This document shows, in pieces, positions 11,625 to 23,099 of a stretch of 64,000 nucleotides of DNA. Positions within the stretch are counted from its first letter, which is position 1. The number at the start of each line of letters is the position of its first letter. Below the pieces are notes generated by a model. That model saw only the letters and a program-made list of their open reading frames with translations, was not told the origin of the DNA and did no database searches. A program made the position numbers and the translations under genes. Origin of the DNA: Octopus sinensis (lineage: Eukaryota); the NCBI RefSeq assembly GCF_006345805.1, contig NW_021835476.1:1-64000 (forward strand), written 5' to 3'.

Positions 11625-11795
11625 TCAGAATTAGTTTCTGGGCCTCCATTCGTATTGATCGTATTTTCTTCATCTTCAGAATTAGTTTCTGGGCCTCCAC
11701 TCGTATTGATTGTATTTTTTTCATCTTCAGAATTAGTTTCTGGGCCTCCAATCGTATTGATCGTATTTTCTTCATCTTCAAAATTAGTTTCTCGG
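11625..11795 (-). repeat. 51-bp (17-codon) tandem repeat in an acidic hypothetical ORF (11531-11875)
   Basis: Three full units plus a partial unit encoding TN(F/S)EDE(E/K)NTINT(I/S/N)GGPE; unit starts at 11625 and 11676 are 51 bp apart. Confidence 0.85.
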
Positions 11796-13189
11796 TGTTC
11801 ACTTGTATTTTCTTCATTTAGTTTCAATGCCTCCAAAATAGTTTCATATCTTAATTCTCTGAATCTTTGATTCAATTCTCTACTTGGGATAATATTTCTA
11901 TAATTACAAATAAGTACATTACAATATATTTTCCGAATTTAAAATACTGTTAGTGTCATCACTATCTTCAAAATTCATTATTTTGAGTAATTTGTATATG
12001 ATAATTCCAGGTTTATATGGCTTATATTAAAACACTGAATATACTTGACATAGGGTATCGTTAAACATTTCATCGTCTATAAATGTGTTATATTTACCTT
12101 AACCATTCGTTGAACTAGTAAGGAATACATTTAATCTTCCAACTCTATTAATAACATCATATCCTTCATCACTAGCTGAACTACAGTTTGACTGACACAG
12201 AGTTCAAACTCAACAATCTCAATTGAAATATCTTCTCCTTGTTTGACAAACGAAATATTCACCAATTGAGACAGTGACTACAGCAATTAAATAATCATTT
12301 AACATTTTTGACAACATCCAACATGAACATCTGAATTAAAATAAAAATAGATTACTTTATTCTCATCATATTTCACCTTTAGTTCACCGAGACCTATTTG
12401 ATGTCAATAAAATAATACTTGATGTGTATTGTAGCACCAACAGCACAGTCAGAATCATTATTATTCATCGTTGAGTTTCATTTTATATCTGTGTAATTAG
12501 GCTAATTATTTGCACATTTTTATGTAGTTTTTAAAATTGAGTTATTTCATATTTAATCTCTCTAATCTGACTAACTCTAGCAGAGGTGCAGTTGAAAACG
12601 AACTGATAATAAAATTCCATCATTCAATAATTATTAATTTAGGATTTTTGGCCATTCATGAACACCTGGACTTCAGTGCCAAAACTAGCACGGAACCTGT
12701 AAAAAGAACGGCCATTGAAAATGTCCAGCCTCGTTCTGTTGATGACAATTAAAGTCTCCCTTATCTGGAAACGAACTCAAAATTAGACGCAGTGAAAGCA
12801 ATTATCTTCTCTATGAATGTTGAAGATAGAAGACAGTGGGCAGTATCAGTTTGCGAAGCTATCCATTCGAGGTTAGGGCGTGTCCCTAGAGGTAGTTGGA
12901 ATGTAATACTAGAGAATTTTAATTTTAAATTTGAAGATAAAATCTTTTTGTCCGAATATAGAAAGTTGGAAAATAAAAGGCAACTATCTTTTGCTGATGT
13001 GGATGAGTCCAAAAAAATGGCTGATTTCTCGGGAAGTGGGTGTGATACAGGACTGTTCGCTTGCTGCAAGCTAACTAAAAATTTATATATAAGTGCATGA
13101 AAATTAGTTGATAGCTAAATTTTCAAAGATTAAATTCAAGGAAACAAATTCTTGCTTCCCATATACATCCGAATGAAATGTAGCACTTA

Positions 13190-14000
13190 TTCACCCAATT
13201 CTGAAGTCCGGGAAGCCTAAGGACAATCTTGACTTATATAGACCCATCTCTCTATTATGCGTCCTATCTAGAATCCCTGAGAAACTAATACTAAAACTAA
13301 TCCAATCATCTCTCCACTTGTTACATTCCAACATGGTTTTAAGAAAGGACCATTTAAATCTTCATATCTGAAAAAAACTCTAATTTTATCTACGAAAGCT
13401 TCAAAACCAAGCCTATCTAAAAAAAATTCTTTGCTCAGTAGAAATACAAAAGGCGTTCGATTCAGTCACTAAAAAGAATCTTTATTGAGCGACATTCCAA
13501 TCCCTACTCACCAGGACGACATCTTACTCTTCTATGCTGATGATATCATATAAGATCAACGGACCAAAATCCACTCAAAGCAATCCAAAGACTTCAGAGA
13601 AACATCCACAACATGTTTTTCTGCAATGTACAAACCAACTGAATCTAAGCTCCGAAAAATGCATAAACACTCTATTCACGACAACAAAAAATTATCCAAC
13701 TCCGAAATCAATGTTATTTTAAAAGGAACAAGAATTTAGCAGATAAATACTAGGTGTGATCTTTGAAACTAATTCTCATTCTCTAAGAATATTGACAATC
13801 ATATAATTAAACTATCGAGAAGATCAAACTTTTTAAATTCCTTTCTTGGTTCATGCACGGGGATACAACAATCCTGATTTAAGACTATATACAAGCAAAT
13901 ATGTCAAGCCCTCCATTGCTTATGCTTGTGGTGGCTGGAAATCATTTCTGGCCCCCTCCAAAATCTGCAAAAGATCTCGAACCTACAGCTGAAGTCTATC
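13190..14000 (+). mobile_element. Decayed APE-type LINE reverse transcriptase
   Basis: PILKSGKP...YRPISLLCVLSRIPEKLI, FYADDI and KYLGVIF motifs in broken frames. Confidence 0.7.
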
Positions 14001-14231
14001 TCCAGTTTTACTAAACGGATTATAAAGCCAAAAGCTTTTGAAAAGCTTGTAAGGACGACGGGTTCTAGAGACAGCCCTGACCTTTGGATCCTTGTCCAAT
14101 TCGAAGATGCGTCAAATCCCTGGCTGAACACATAGAGAGGATGCGTAGAGTGATTGGGAATGTCGGGATCACCTAAATAATTTGTTTGCCTGCTTAGACG
14201 GCGTTTGTTTTCCTGCTAAATAAAATAAATA

Positions 14232-15595
14232 CAGTACGACCCCGCCCCAATAGAAAAGTGCCCCAAATATAGAGGTTGCCCCTAAGATAGAGGGTATATA
14301 TAATTTTTACATTTTAAAAGCAAATATCTGTATTTTTTAATAATAAAATATGTTTTTTCGTATTAAAATATGTTTTTTCGAATAAGGAAGTTTCAAGATC
14401 ATTAATTATTCTCATTGAATCTTTTAAGTCGGACCCTTCAATTTCATCATTTCCATTATACAAAGTATCATTATCCTCAATTCCGTTTATTTCAAGATCC
14501 ATTAAAGCTAAAACATGCTTATCAATTAATTCAGATTTTTTTTTGAATTAATTTCAGGAAAACATGTTCTCTGTTCGTTTATTTTCATCCAACAATTGAC
14601 AATTGTTATTGTTGTTACTCGACTCCATGCTTCTCCCACATATGCGATTATTTGCCTCATATTAATTTTCAATAAAGTCGAATAGTATTTTTTAAGATCA
14701 TCAGGTATTTTTAGGAAATTTAAAAAATGATAAGTTTGAATATTCTTGTAATTTGTGGCACGGTGCATTATCCATAAGAATCAAAATTTTTCTGTTTTTT
14801 TGAGCCATTTCGAAGTTTATCTTCTGTAACCATTTATCGAAAATATCAATCGTCATCCAAGCATTTTTGATGCAGTGTACAAAACCTAAAAATAATCTAA
14901 TACAACATACTCCATAATCTTCAGTTTTTATATTTTTTAAGCATCTTGGGGATTTGAATTTCCCGATAACAAGGAGCTTTAATTTCTCACCTTCAAGGCT
15001 GCAGCATAAAAGAACCGAAACTCGTTCTTTACTTTTTGTTTTACAGAAACAGTCATCATTCGAAGATACAAATGATTTATATGAATTCTTTTTGACAAAA
15101 AGGGATGTTTCGTCACAGTTGAAAATATCTTTTTTCTCGAATTTATCAAATAAATTGTCGTAATCATTAAAAAAATCTTCGATCTTATCTTTGTCGCACG
15201 AGTTCTTTTCTCCGGAAATTACTTTAAACAGTAATTCGTGACGTTTTTTAAAACGATCCAACCATCCATTCGATGCTTTAAAATTATCGAAGTTAAGGTT
15301 CGATGCAATTTTTTTTGCAACAGTTTTCAAGAGAAATCCTGAAACTGAAATCCCATCTTCTCTCAAATTTTTAAAAACTTCAAAGACTAATCGATCAATT
15401 CAATAATAAATTTTAATATTATCGATTGAAAAAGTGCCCTAATAAGCGGGGTTCCGTATTTCGAATTTAAGCTTCTTATTGGTCAAAAAATATACAAAAA
15501 CTGAGAAATCATTCAAAATAATTTTTATTAAAAAAATCGCCCCAAAAACAGAGGGTGCCCCAAGGCCGGGGTTTTATTGGGGTGGGGTCGTACTG
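14232..15595 (-). mobile_element. pogo/Tigger-like DNA transposon (defective)
   Basis: TIR CAGTACGACCCC(G/A)CCCCAATA at both ends, flanked by TA. Internal HTH-CENPB/DDE_1 ORF: FKASNGWLDRFKKRH, IFNCDETSLF, KERVSVLLCC, NAWMT, LMDNAPCH. Confidence 0.92.
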
Positions 15596-15661
15596 TAGCT
15601 AAATAAAAATGGAGAATTTAAAAATATTTCTTAAAGTGGCCAAAATATTTCTTCAAATATT

Positions 15662-15729
15662 TATTTTTTTTTTTTTTTTTTTTTATAAATATTTAATTAA
15701 AATGGGGAATAAGTCTCAATTCCAACTCT
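15662..15729 (-). mobile_element. 68-bp retroposed stub with poly(A) tail
   Basis: ~21-nt T run flanked by 12-bp direct repeat tcttcaaatatt (15650-15661, 15730-15741). Confidence 0.65.
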
Positions 15730-16212
15730 TCTTCAAATATTAAAAATCAAACTGCTTCCAGGCACCGTTGTCAATTTTAATTCTCTGATAATGTATCTTA
15801 TGTATCTATAGATGAGTATTGGACAAAAATTGATTAATAATCGCCAGACTCAGCGACGCCTCGCTGCGTATTGTTAGCAGTTTCCGCGGTGCACGGCGAC
15901 AGAGATTCACTGAAAGAGTTAGTTCACTCTTGGAAAAACCAAAAGTGATTCTGTTTGTGTCTACGGTCTCGGCTTTTGACAGGGCAATAAGCCAAGCAGA
16001 GAAAAGAAGCTCTTTGGCAACGGTTGGAATGGTGCCGATCGCAAGAAGAGCACAAGCGCCCCTTCTTGCGGGAATTGGATAATTTACATGAGACACAAGT
16101 TTTCATGCGAGAGAATGATAAAATGGAGTGAAATAAAAGAAGGAACGATTAACAATTAACAAAATAACAACAATGAGTCAATACATATTTTAATATGAAT
16201 ACATATATTAAT

Positions 16213-16655
16213 ATGAATTCTAGTGATGAGTGCTCTAGTGGTATAATATCTGTATCTGATAACATCGATGAATCCGAATATTCTGTTTATAATACATAAT
16301 AATGTACAATTAGGCCGATGTAGTGTCACTCTCCGACTCTGCTGAATCTGAACTCATAGTAGAAGAAATCTCTGCATATGACGAAACTGAAGCTTCTGAT
16401 TCTTTTCCTTATGTGAAATCAACAAATGAATTTATCGAAAAAAACGATAAATCTATTTCCGACCTTTTTGATGAGGGAGAATTTTGCTCCTTTTCTGAAA
16501 CACTGGTTGAAAATTCCAACTCTCAATCTCCCCAACCAAATTTTCAGAGTGATCGGAATACATTTTTGACAAAATGTGTGATTTCGGGACTGATTGTCAC
16601 CGGATTAGCTGCCATTTCTTTTTTTGGTGGACTCATCTTCAAAAAACGAAAGTAA
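16213..16655 (+). CDS. Hypothetical acidic tail-anchored membrane protein (~137 aa)
   Basis: ATG 16213; 29-nt intron 16285-16313 joins in frame to ORF 16323-16655. Ser/Asp/Glu-rich body, C-terminal helix CVISGLIVTGLAAISFFGGLIF followed by KKRK-stop. Confidence 0.65.
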
Positions 16656-17946
16656 TCATTCACTTTATTCATTTTCTTGTTAATTTTATTGATATGCAGC
16701 ACTTTTACAAATCTGCGGTTCTTTATTTTAGAGCGGAAGATACTAAGCTCAATAAAATATAATTCTTTTTTATTGCATGACCTTAGTGTCTTTGTTATTG
16801 TAAGAAACGGTTCATTGTATTTTCTTATCGATTTTGTGGTTTGTACTTTCCCGATGTTAGGAAATTAATGTTATCAATATTTAACTGATCAATTCAAAAA
16901 ATGTAACGAATTTTTACGGAGGAAGTGTTGCACTGTACTTATTCCATGAAATGGAGACTTCAATTTTATCAACAAGATCATTATAGATTTTTTCTAAAGA
17001 CTCACAGTTATAAAATAAATAGCTATTCACAATTAATTTTAAACAGGAAATACTTACAAGAAACTTAAAATAATACAAGAATGCATTTTTCAAAAAAATG
17101 TCGTATCTAGCAAATATGATTTCTCCCACATGACAATTATTTTTTAGCCTCAGCAACTCCGCACAATATGAAGATGCTCTAAACCTGGTATCTGGAGGAT
17201 CGGACTGTATTCACAATATTCAAAAAAACATGTGAAATCGAGGTGGAATTCCTGATCTCAAGAAGAGACATGTGATTAATTGGGGACCGCATTTCTATAT
17301 TTACGAATAAGTAGGCTACATTTTATTTTTTAGATTTAAAATGTTGTAATGGTAATAACTATCCTCAATTAAATGTACCATTTTTTTGTCAGGCACTGTA
17401 GTTAAAGTAAAATTTAATCCTTAATTCCTTTTTATTTGTTTGTTTTAAATTTGCTTTGTATTTTTTATTGAAATAATGAGCGAAATGTCATTTTTTGTTT
17501 AAGGATTACATAAAGTTCTTTTTCTATTCCAGCTCTTCTTGCAATATCTTTATTATCAAGTGGCTATATGATTTTGTCTCTTCGTTGCTACTTTTAGACT
17601 CTTTCTACAGTGTAAACAAATTTATTTTGATTTGTTTGGATTGATTTGTTTTTAACAATTACCTGTTTTTTCGACACATCTTAAACATGAATAAAATTGT
17701 TGGTTGTTTGTGTTAGATTAGTCATTTATTTCTTCTGAATTAGTTTTATTAAAAATAAGACTTCTGAACAAAGCAAAACTGAGACATTTTCAGACACAAT
17801 ATTGAGACGTACAATCATGTCAATGTATGAAAAATTTGTCCTTTTATATGTTTGTTGTTTAGTGATCTTCTTTATTCGACGGTTGATAAGTAAATTTCAC
17901 GAATTTGTTGTTGTATTATTAAATAATACTGAATAGTTTACAAATT

Positions 17947-18502
17947 TTTTTTTTTTTTTAAACGTATTTAACTAACAATTAACACCGAAAATAGTTAAGT
18001 TCCAGCGGCGAGGACGCAGTGTGCGTTGCCCCGAACAATGGCCAGGCCGATGCGCTGGCGGAACCAGAGGCTCTCTCTCGAGTCCTTGAGCCTTCTCCCG
18101 ATGGACTGCCCGACCTCTTTGAGGAACGAGTCAGTCTCCTTTCCTGCAACTCCAGCGGTCTCCAGAGCGATTGCCGTAACGCGGTAGCGGTCCGCGAGCG
18201 AAGAATATTTATGTATTTTTATCTTTTCGGCGTGGTTTGCAGCCGAACAAGGGTTTGCCGCAGAAGAATGGATCCTCGATTTCGAAAAGGTATCCACAAC
18301 GGTGACATCCCATACAAGGGCCTTCCCCGACGAGTACGGGAATATTGTCATCCCGTCAGGCCTTTTGCCATCTCCCCGATCGAGTCCGACCGGTTCGAGG
18401 AGGCACGAATGGCCCGCCATTTCGAGACCGGCCTTTACGATTTCATTGAGGGCCTTGTGTCTGTGTTCCCTGCCTGCGCTCCTCTTGCAGGAAAGTGGGT
18501 GC
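17947..18502 (-). mobile_element. 5'-truncated CRE-like (RLE) retrotransposon, second family
   Basis: LLEPVGLDRGDGKRPDGMT...VWDVTVVDTF...IALETAG...QRIGLAIVRGNAH; poly(A) at ~17945-17959; 12-bp TSD agtttacaaatt at 17935-17946 and 18503-18514. Confidence 0.9.
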
Positions 18503-19388
18503 AGTTTACAAATTGACTTTAGTTTAATGACTTTAGTTTAATATGTTTTTTTTTGTTTAATAAACATTTTATATAAGTTCATCTTAAAAGTTTAGTTTCC
18601 AGTCTTGTCTTGATATTAAGTCAGCAAGACGCGCTGGAATCACTTTCTCGAAGATCTACAGAGCCAGAGAAAAATCAAATCGGACTAGTCACCAAATACC
18701 AAAAGGGTTACTTGAGAAAATTGGGTGTAGATATCTCTCTACTCCTAATAAAATGAAATAATCTGAACCAGCTTCCGAACACCTTTAGATTTTTGACAGA
18801 TTCCAACTTTTCTTTGGAAATTTTAATTTGCTCCTGGACCAGTAGCTTATAAATTAGTTCTCAATTCTGTCAAAAGCTTTACTTAGTATCAGTCATAATT
18901 AAGGAATTTCTTAAAAGTTTAAATTGTGCTCAATTAATATTTTTATAATTTATATATTTTTGTGTAGTATTTGGTGAATTTATGATTCCGGTTGGTCATC
19001 AAAACGCGAGGCTCTGGGATTTGAATTTCGGTTGGGGAAATTTTTGGTACTTTTAATACCTTATTTGTGTACGTTTTTAGTTAAATATTTAAAATAACCC
19101 TAAAATATGATTCTGTCTAACATGGAACTTATTTGTTTTAGAATTTAATAAACTATTATAAAAATTAGCTATTATCTTTAAAAAGTTGGAAGAAAAACCA
19201 AATTGAGAGTGGAATCAATGAGACGATTTACATTAATTATTTTTCGATTTTCTGTAAAATAAAAATAAAAACAGTGATTTACAGTTTTAAAAAACATAAA
19301 TGACATATAAAAACATAATTGCCTGCCAATATGACAATTAATTAAAAATTTAGTTTAAATACTGGAAAAATGGAAAATAATAAATAAA

Positions 19389-19974
19389 ATGTTCTATTTT
19401 CTAATTCTATCAATTTTTGTGCAAAGTGCTCCAACATCAAACAGTAATTCATTTTATTTCAGTTTAGAATGTTTTAATGGAAAATGTTATATTTTTGTGA
19501 CGGATAGACTAAGTCGACAAGATGCACAAAAAGTTTGTAAAGAAAAAAAAGGCTCACTCGCAAATATAGACAGCAAAATCACAAATAATTATATTCATGG
19601 TAAATACAAAAACAATTTATTTCAGAAAATTTTATAAAAAACGCAAAATCAAAGTTTTGGATTGGAGTAAATGACATCCAGAAAGAAAACGAGTTTTTGG
19701 ATTCTTATGGAAATAAACAAGTAATTCAAATTTTTTAATTCAGACCTTTTTTAATTGGCATACAGGTGAACCTAATAATTTTTACGATGAAAACTGTGTT
19801 GAGATATGGATTCCTAGTGGAGTCTGGAATGATCAGAGTTGTAATGATAAATTACCATTTTTGTGTGAAATTTTGGGTTTTTATTTTAAACTAACTATAA
19901 TAGACATTTCAAGCAACCCAGAAATTGAAATAAGTAACCAAGTTGGAAAAAGAAAAAACGTATGCGATAATTAA
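19389..19974 (+). CDS. Secreted C-type lectin, copy 1
   Basis: Signal peptide MFYFLILSIFVQS; C-CY...AQKVC...LANI, FWIGVND, W...EPNN...ENCVEI...WNDQSC...FLCE after removing 26- and 23-nt introns. Confidence 0.9.
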
Positions 19975-20632
19975 AATATAACTAAACAAATACTAACTTT
20001 CTTGATTTGGTAAATACTAATTTTTCTCACAAATTTTTTTTCTCCTGTGTCAATATTAAAAACAATTATATTCTTTGACGTTGTGTAGTGAATGTCTGTT
20101 CTCTCAAACATGAAAACAAATTCTGTTGGCTTTTTACTAAATTGATAAAAATTGATACCTAACCAGGAGTATGACTTTTGCCTTCACGGGTCTATGAACC
20201 TCCTGGAATCTCAATAGATCACTCAAAAAAAAATTATCAAAAATTGGTTTGAGATATATAAAATATAGATTAACTCTAATTGTCAACTTGTTTTTTCTAC
20301 TCATTCTTATGCAATAAACATTAAAATTGTCAGAGGAAAATACCAGAGATTTGCTTCTATTTAAAAAATTATTTAACAAACCAACCATGATCTGAAAATA
20401 CTTGCGGAGAAAGAAGATACAATGATTAAAATGTTGAAAGAGATTGATAAATATTTTGATTTTGTTAGTCTCGGGGTAAATCCTGAAAAATCGGAACCAA
20501 TTTACAATGCATAAACGCCGTGGAATGTTTTGATTGATACGGAGCTATTGATATATCGAGTTTTTAAAGAAATTAATTTAATGAAAGACGAAATTTTATG
20601 CTAACATAATATATAACTACAACTTTATCTTT

Positions 20633-20731
20633 TTTTCCTGTGTCCATTGTTCGCGGCAACGCACACTGCGTCCTTGCCGCTGGGACTTAACACTTTTCTT
20701 CTATCTCTTTGTTTTGAAAAAAAGAAAAAAA
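20633..20731 (+). mobile_element. ~100-bp 3' stub of the CRE-like family seen at 17947-18502
   Basis: Encodes IVRGNAHCVLAAGT-stop (same peptide as copy 2), A-rich tail, 12-bp TSD aactttatcttt at 20621-20632 and 20732-20743. Confidence 0.85.
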
Positions 20732-21074
20732 AACTTTATCTTTGAAGCATGAATTGAATTTAACTCAAATATTAAATATATCAGAAAAGGAAAAGAGAAG
20801 TTTCTTTTTTAATTAAATGAAACGAAAGAAATTGTTAAGGACAATAAGAAGAACTGATGGCGATCCTGTTTCCCCTCACTATTGCTAAATTTTATTCTCT
20901 TTAACAGCTATGAGAATGTTGATTTTGTTGAATCTTCCTAATGCCTTACAAAAGAAAATAACAGCCAAGATCTAAAGCCGTGTATTGTTTGCTTCAAGAT
21001 AGAAATTTATTTTTTTACTCCTGAATGTGGATCATTTGACCACACGATGTAACAAAATGTTAAAAAGTAATTAT

Positions 21075-22538
21075 TAGGGCGAACATTTTTTAACTTTAAA
21101 AATTGAAAAAAATTAACTTTAAAAAGTTAACTTTATTAACCTATAAACCAAAATTTTTAACCTTAAAATTAAAAAAATTAACTTTATTTTTTCTCAACTT
21201 GAACTTTTAAAGTTCTTAGTTTAAACTTTTAAACGAGACAATAGAAGACAAAACTTATTTTAAGAACTATTTATTGAAAATTGATATTACGTAATTTTCC
21301 AGATTTGGAGTACTAAAGTACCTTAAAAAACTCCTGAATTGCGAAAAACAATTTTTTAAAACTTTCCCGGCTAAATCGTAAATGAATTAAAACAATACCG
21401 GCCATCATATACCTTGCAGCATCAGAAATAAGAAGCATAAAATTATCCCTTTAGGCCATAAAATTTCGGATCGAATCATCAACAATTTGGGCTATATTAT
21501 TTTTTGTAGATGCAGAATCAATTTGCTTGAATGAAACCAAATAAGTAATTTTAGGGAGTTTGATTGATCCCACCAAAACCGCGACATATCGTTGGTTTTG
21601 GATTTGAGTCTCATCGATTATCAAAAAATTTTTTTGTTGTCTAAAAAATAAAATTTGATGGAATTGTTGAATTTGATCCTGAAAGAATCCATATATTCAT
21701 TAGCAATATATTTAGCACAATTTCTAGCTTGTGATTGTGAGGGAAGTAAAATCTGGTTGCATTTGAATAAATCGGTAAACAAAGGCATCGATAATTTAGT
21801 TAGTGGAATGTCATATTTCAAAATGGCCTTAGTCACTTTCAAATTCCAGGTATCAATTTCTGATTCATCTAATTTTCGTTGGCGATATGTTGTCAAACTA
21901 TCTATTATACCATCGAAAAATTCTTACCAACGGAAATTTTATGTTTCTTGGACAACCTGTAGAGGTAACAAAATGCCTTTTTGAGCACTTCAGTGTCGTT
22001 AACATAGTTACAAAATAACTCATGGTTTTTATTTAATTTGAAATTCTTTAGAATTCGTTAGAAGAGATTTAGACGTGCGTGACATACAAAAGTTTAAACT
22101 ACATGCTGCTAAATATTTATTATTATAACACATTCCGTAGGAACATAAACAAGTTATAAATCCCACACGTGTCACAGCGAAACAATCTTCTGGACCATCC
22201 TCGTCCATGCCCCTCTGTTGCGGGCGAGATCCCGCAAAGATTCTAGGTCGTCCCAGTTTTGAAACTTTTACCATGAAGTCTGAGATCCCTTTCCAGAACT
22301 GCCGGAAGAGTGGATCTAGGTCTCCACGATATTTGTCTCCATGTTCGGAGAAATAATCGTCCAGCTAAATAAATCCTAAATATTTCTAATAATTTGTTGA
22401 AATAATGAAAAAAAAGTTACAAACAATTACCTTACAATTTATTTTTTTGATTTTTTAACTTTATTATTTTTAAATATAGAGATATAATGTTTAAAATAGT
22501 AAAAACTTAAAATTTAACTTATTAACTTGGCACCCCTA
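21075..22538 (-). mobile_element. Decayed hAT DNA transposon (TAGGG termini)
   Basis: TAGGG...CCCTA ends, perfect 8-bp TSD GTAATTAT (21067-21074, 22539-22546), AACTT subterminal repeats; remnant KAILKYDIPLTKL...LLPS resembles the 60394 transposase N terminus. Confidence 0.85.
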
Positions 22539-23099
22539 GTAATTATATAAAGACAAACAAAGTCAAAGATGGATACATTTGTATTTATGCACATTTGTGG
22601 CTTCAAAAAGATCAAAGGTCTCAATACACACTCAGTTCAATCAATTGTTGAGACACAGAGAATGAAATCAAAGTGGAAAATAATGAAGCGCAAACAAAAC
22701 AACCAGACATTTTGTAGCTAGTATCAATGTTTTGTAGAATAGTCCTTTTTCCTCTAACTGTCATCCCTCTATTTCAACTAACGCATAGTTTGTTTTCAAC
22801 TAACGCAATAAGGTGATAGACTGAAATTTTAACTAAGTTTGTTTAATAACGATTTCTATATTCTAAATTTGTATGGATGCTTTTTGACAACACCCAAACT
22901 AGAATTGGTAACATTGTTGTTAGTCGTGATATCATCCATAAGCAGCAGGGTAGTTGTCATGCGTTTTTGAGATTTTTCAATGTGAATTTAGGAACGTTTC
23001 GTTAACATTCGGCTGACCATAAAATTTGAAAAAAAAACATTCAAAAATTCCGCTTTGTCGAGATTTTTATTGGATGTAAATCAATAAATGATATTTATT

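Noticed and set aside
11625-11795. Regular repeats as a CRISPR array
   Set aside because: Head-to-tail in-frame coding repeat without unique spacers; eukaryotic context and no cas genes.
12537-13100. Overlapping ~100-aa ORFs on both strands
   Set aside because: No domain recognised; adjacent to LINE debris and cannot be assigned from sequence alone.
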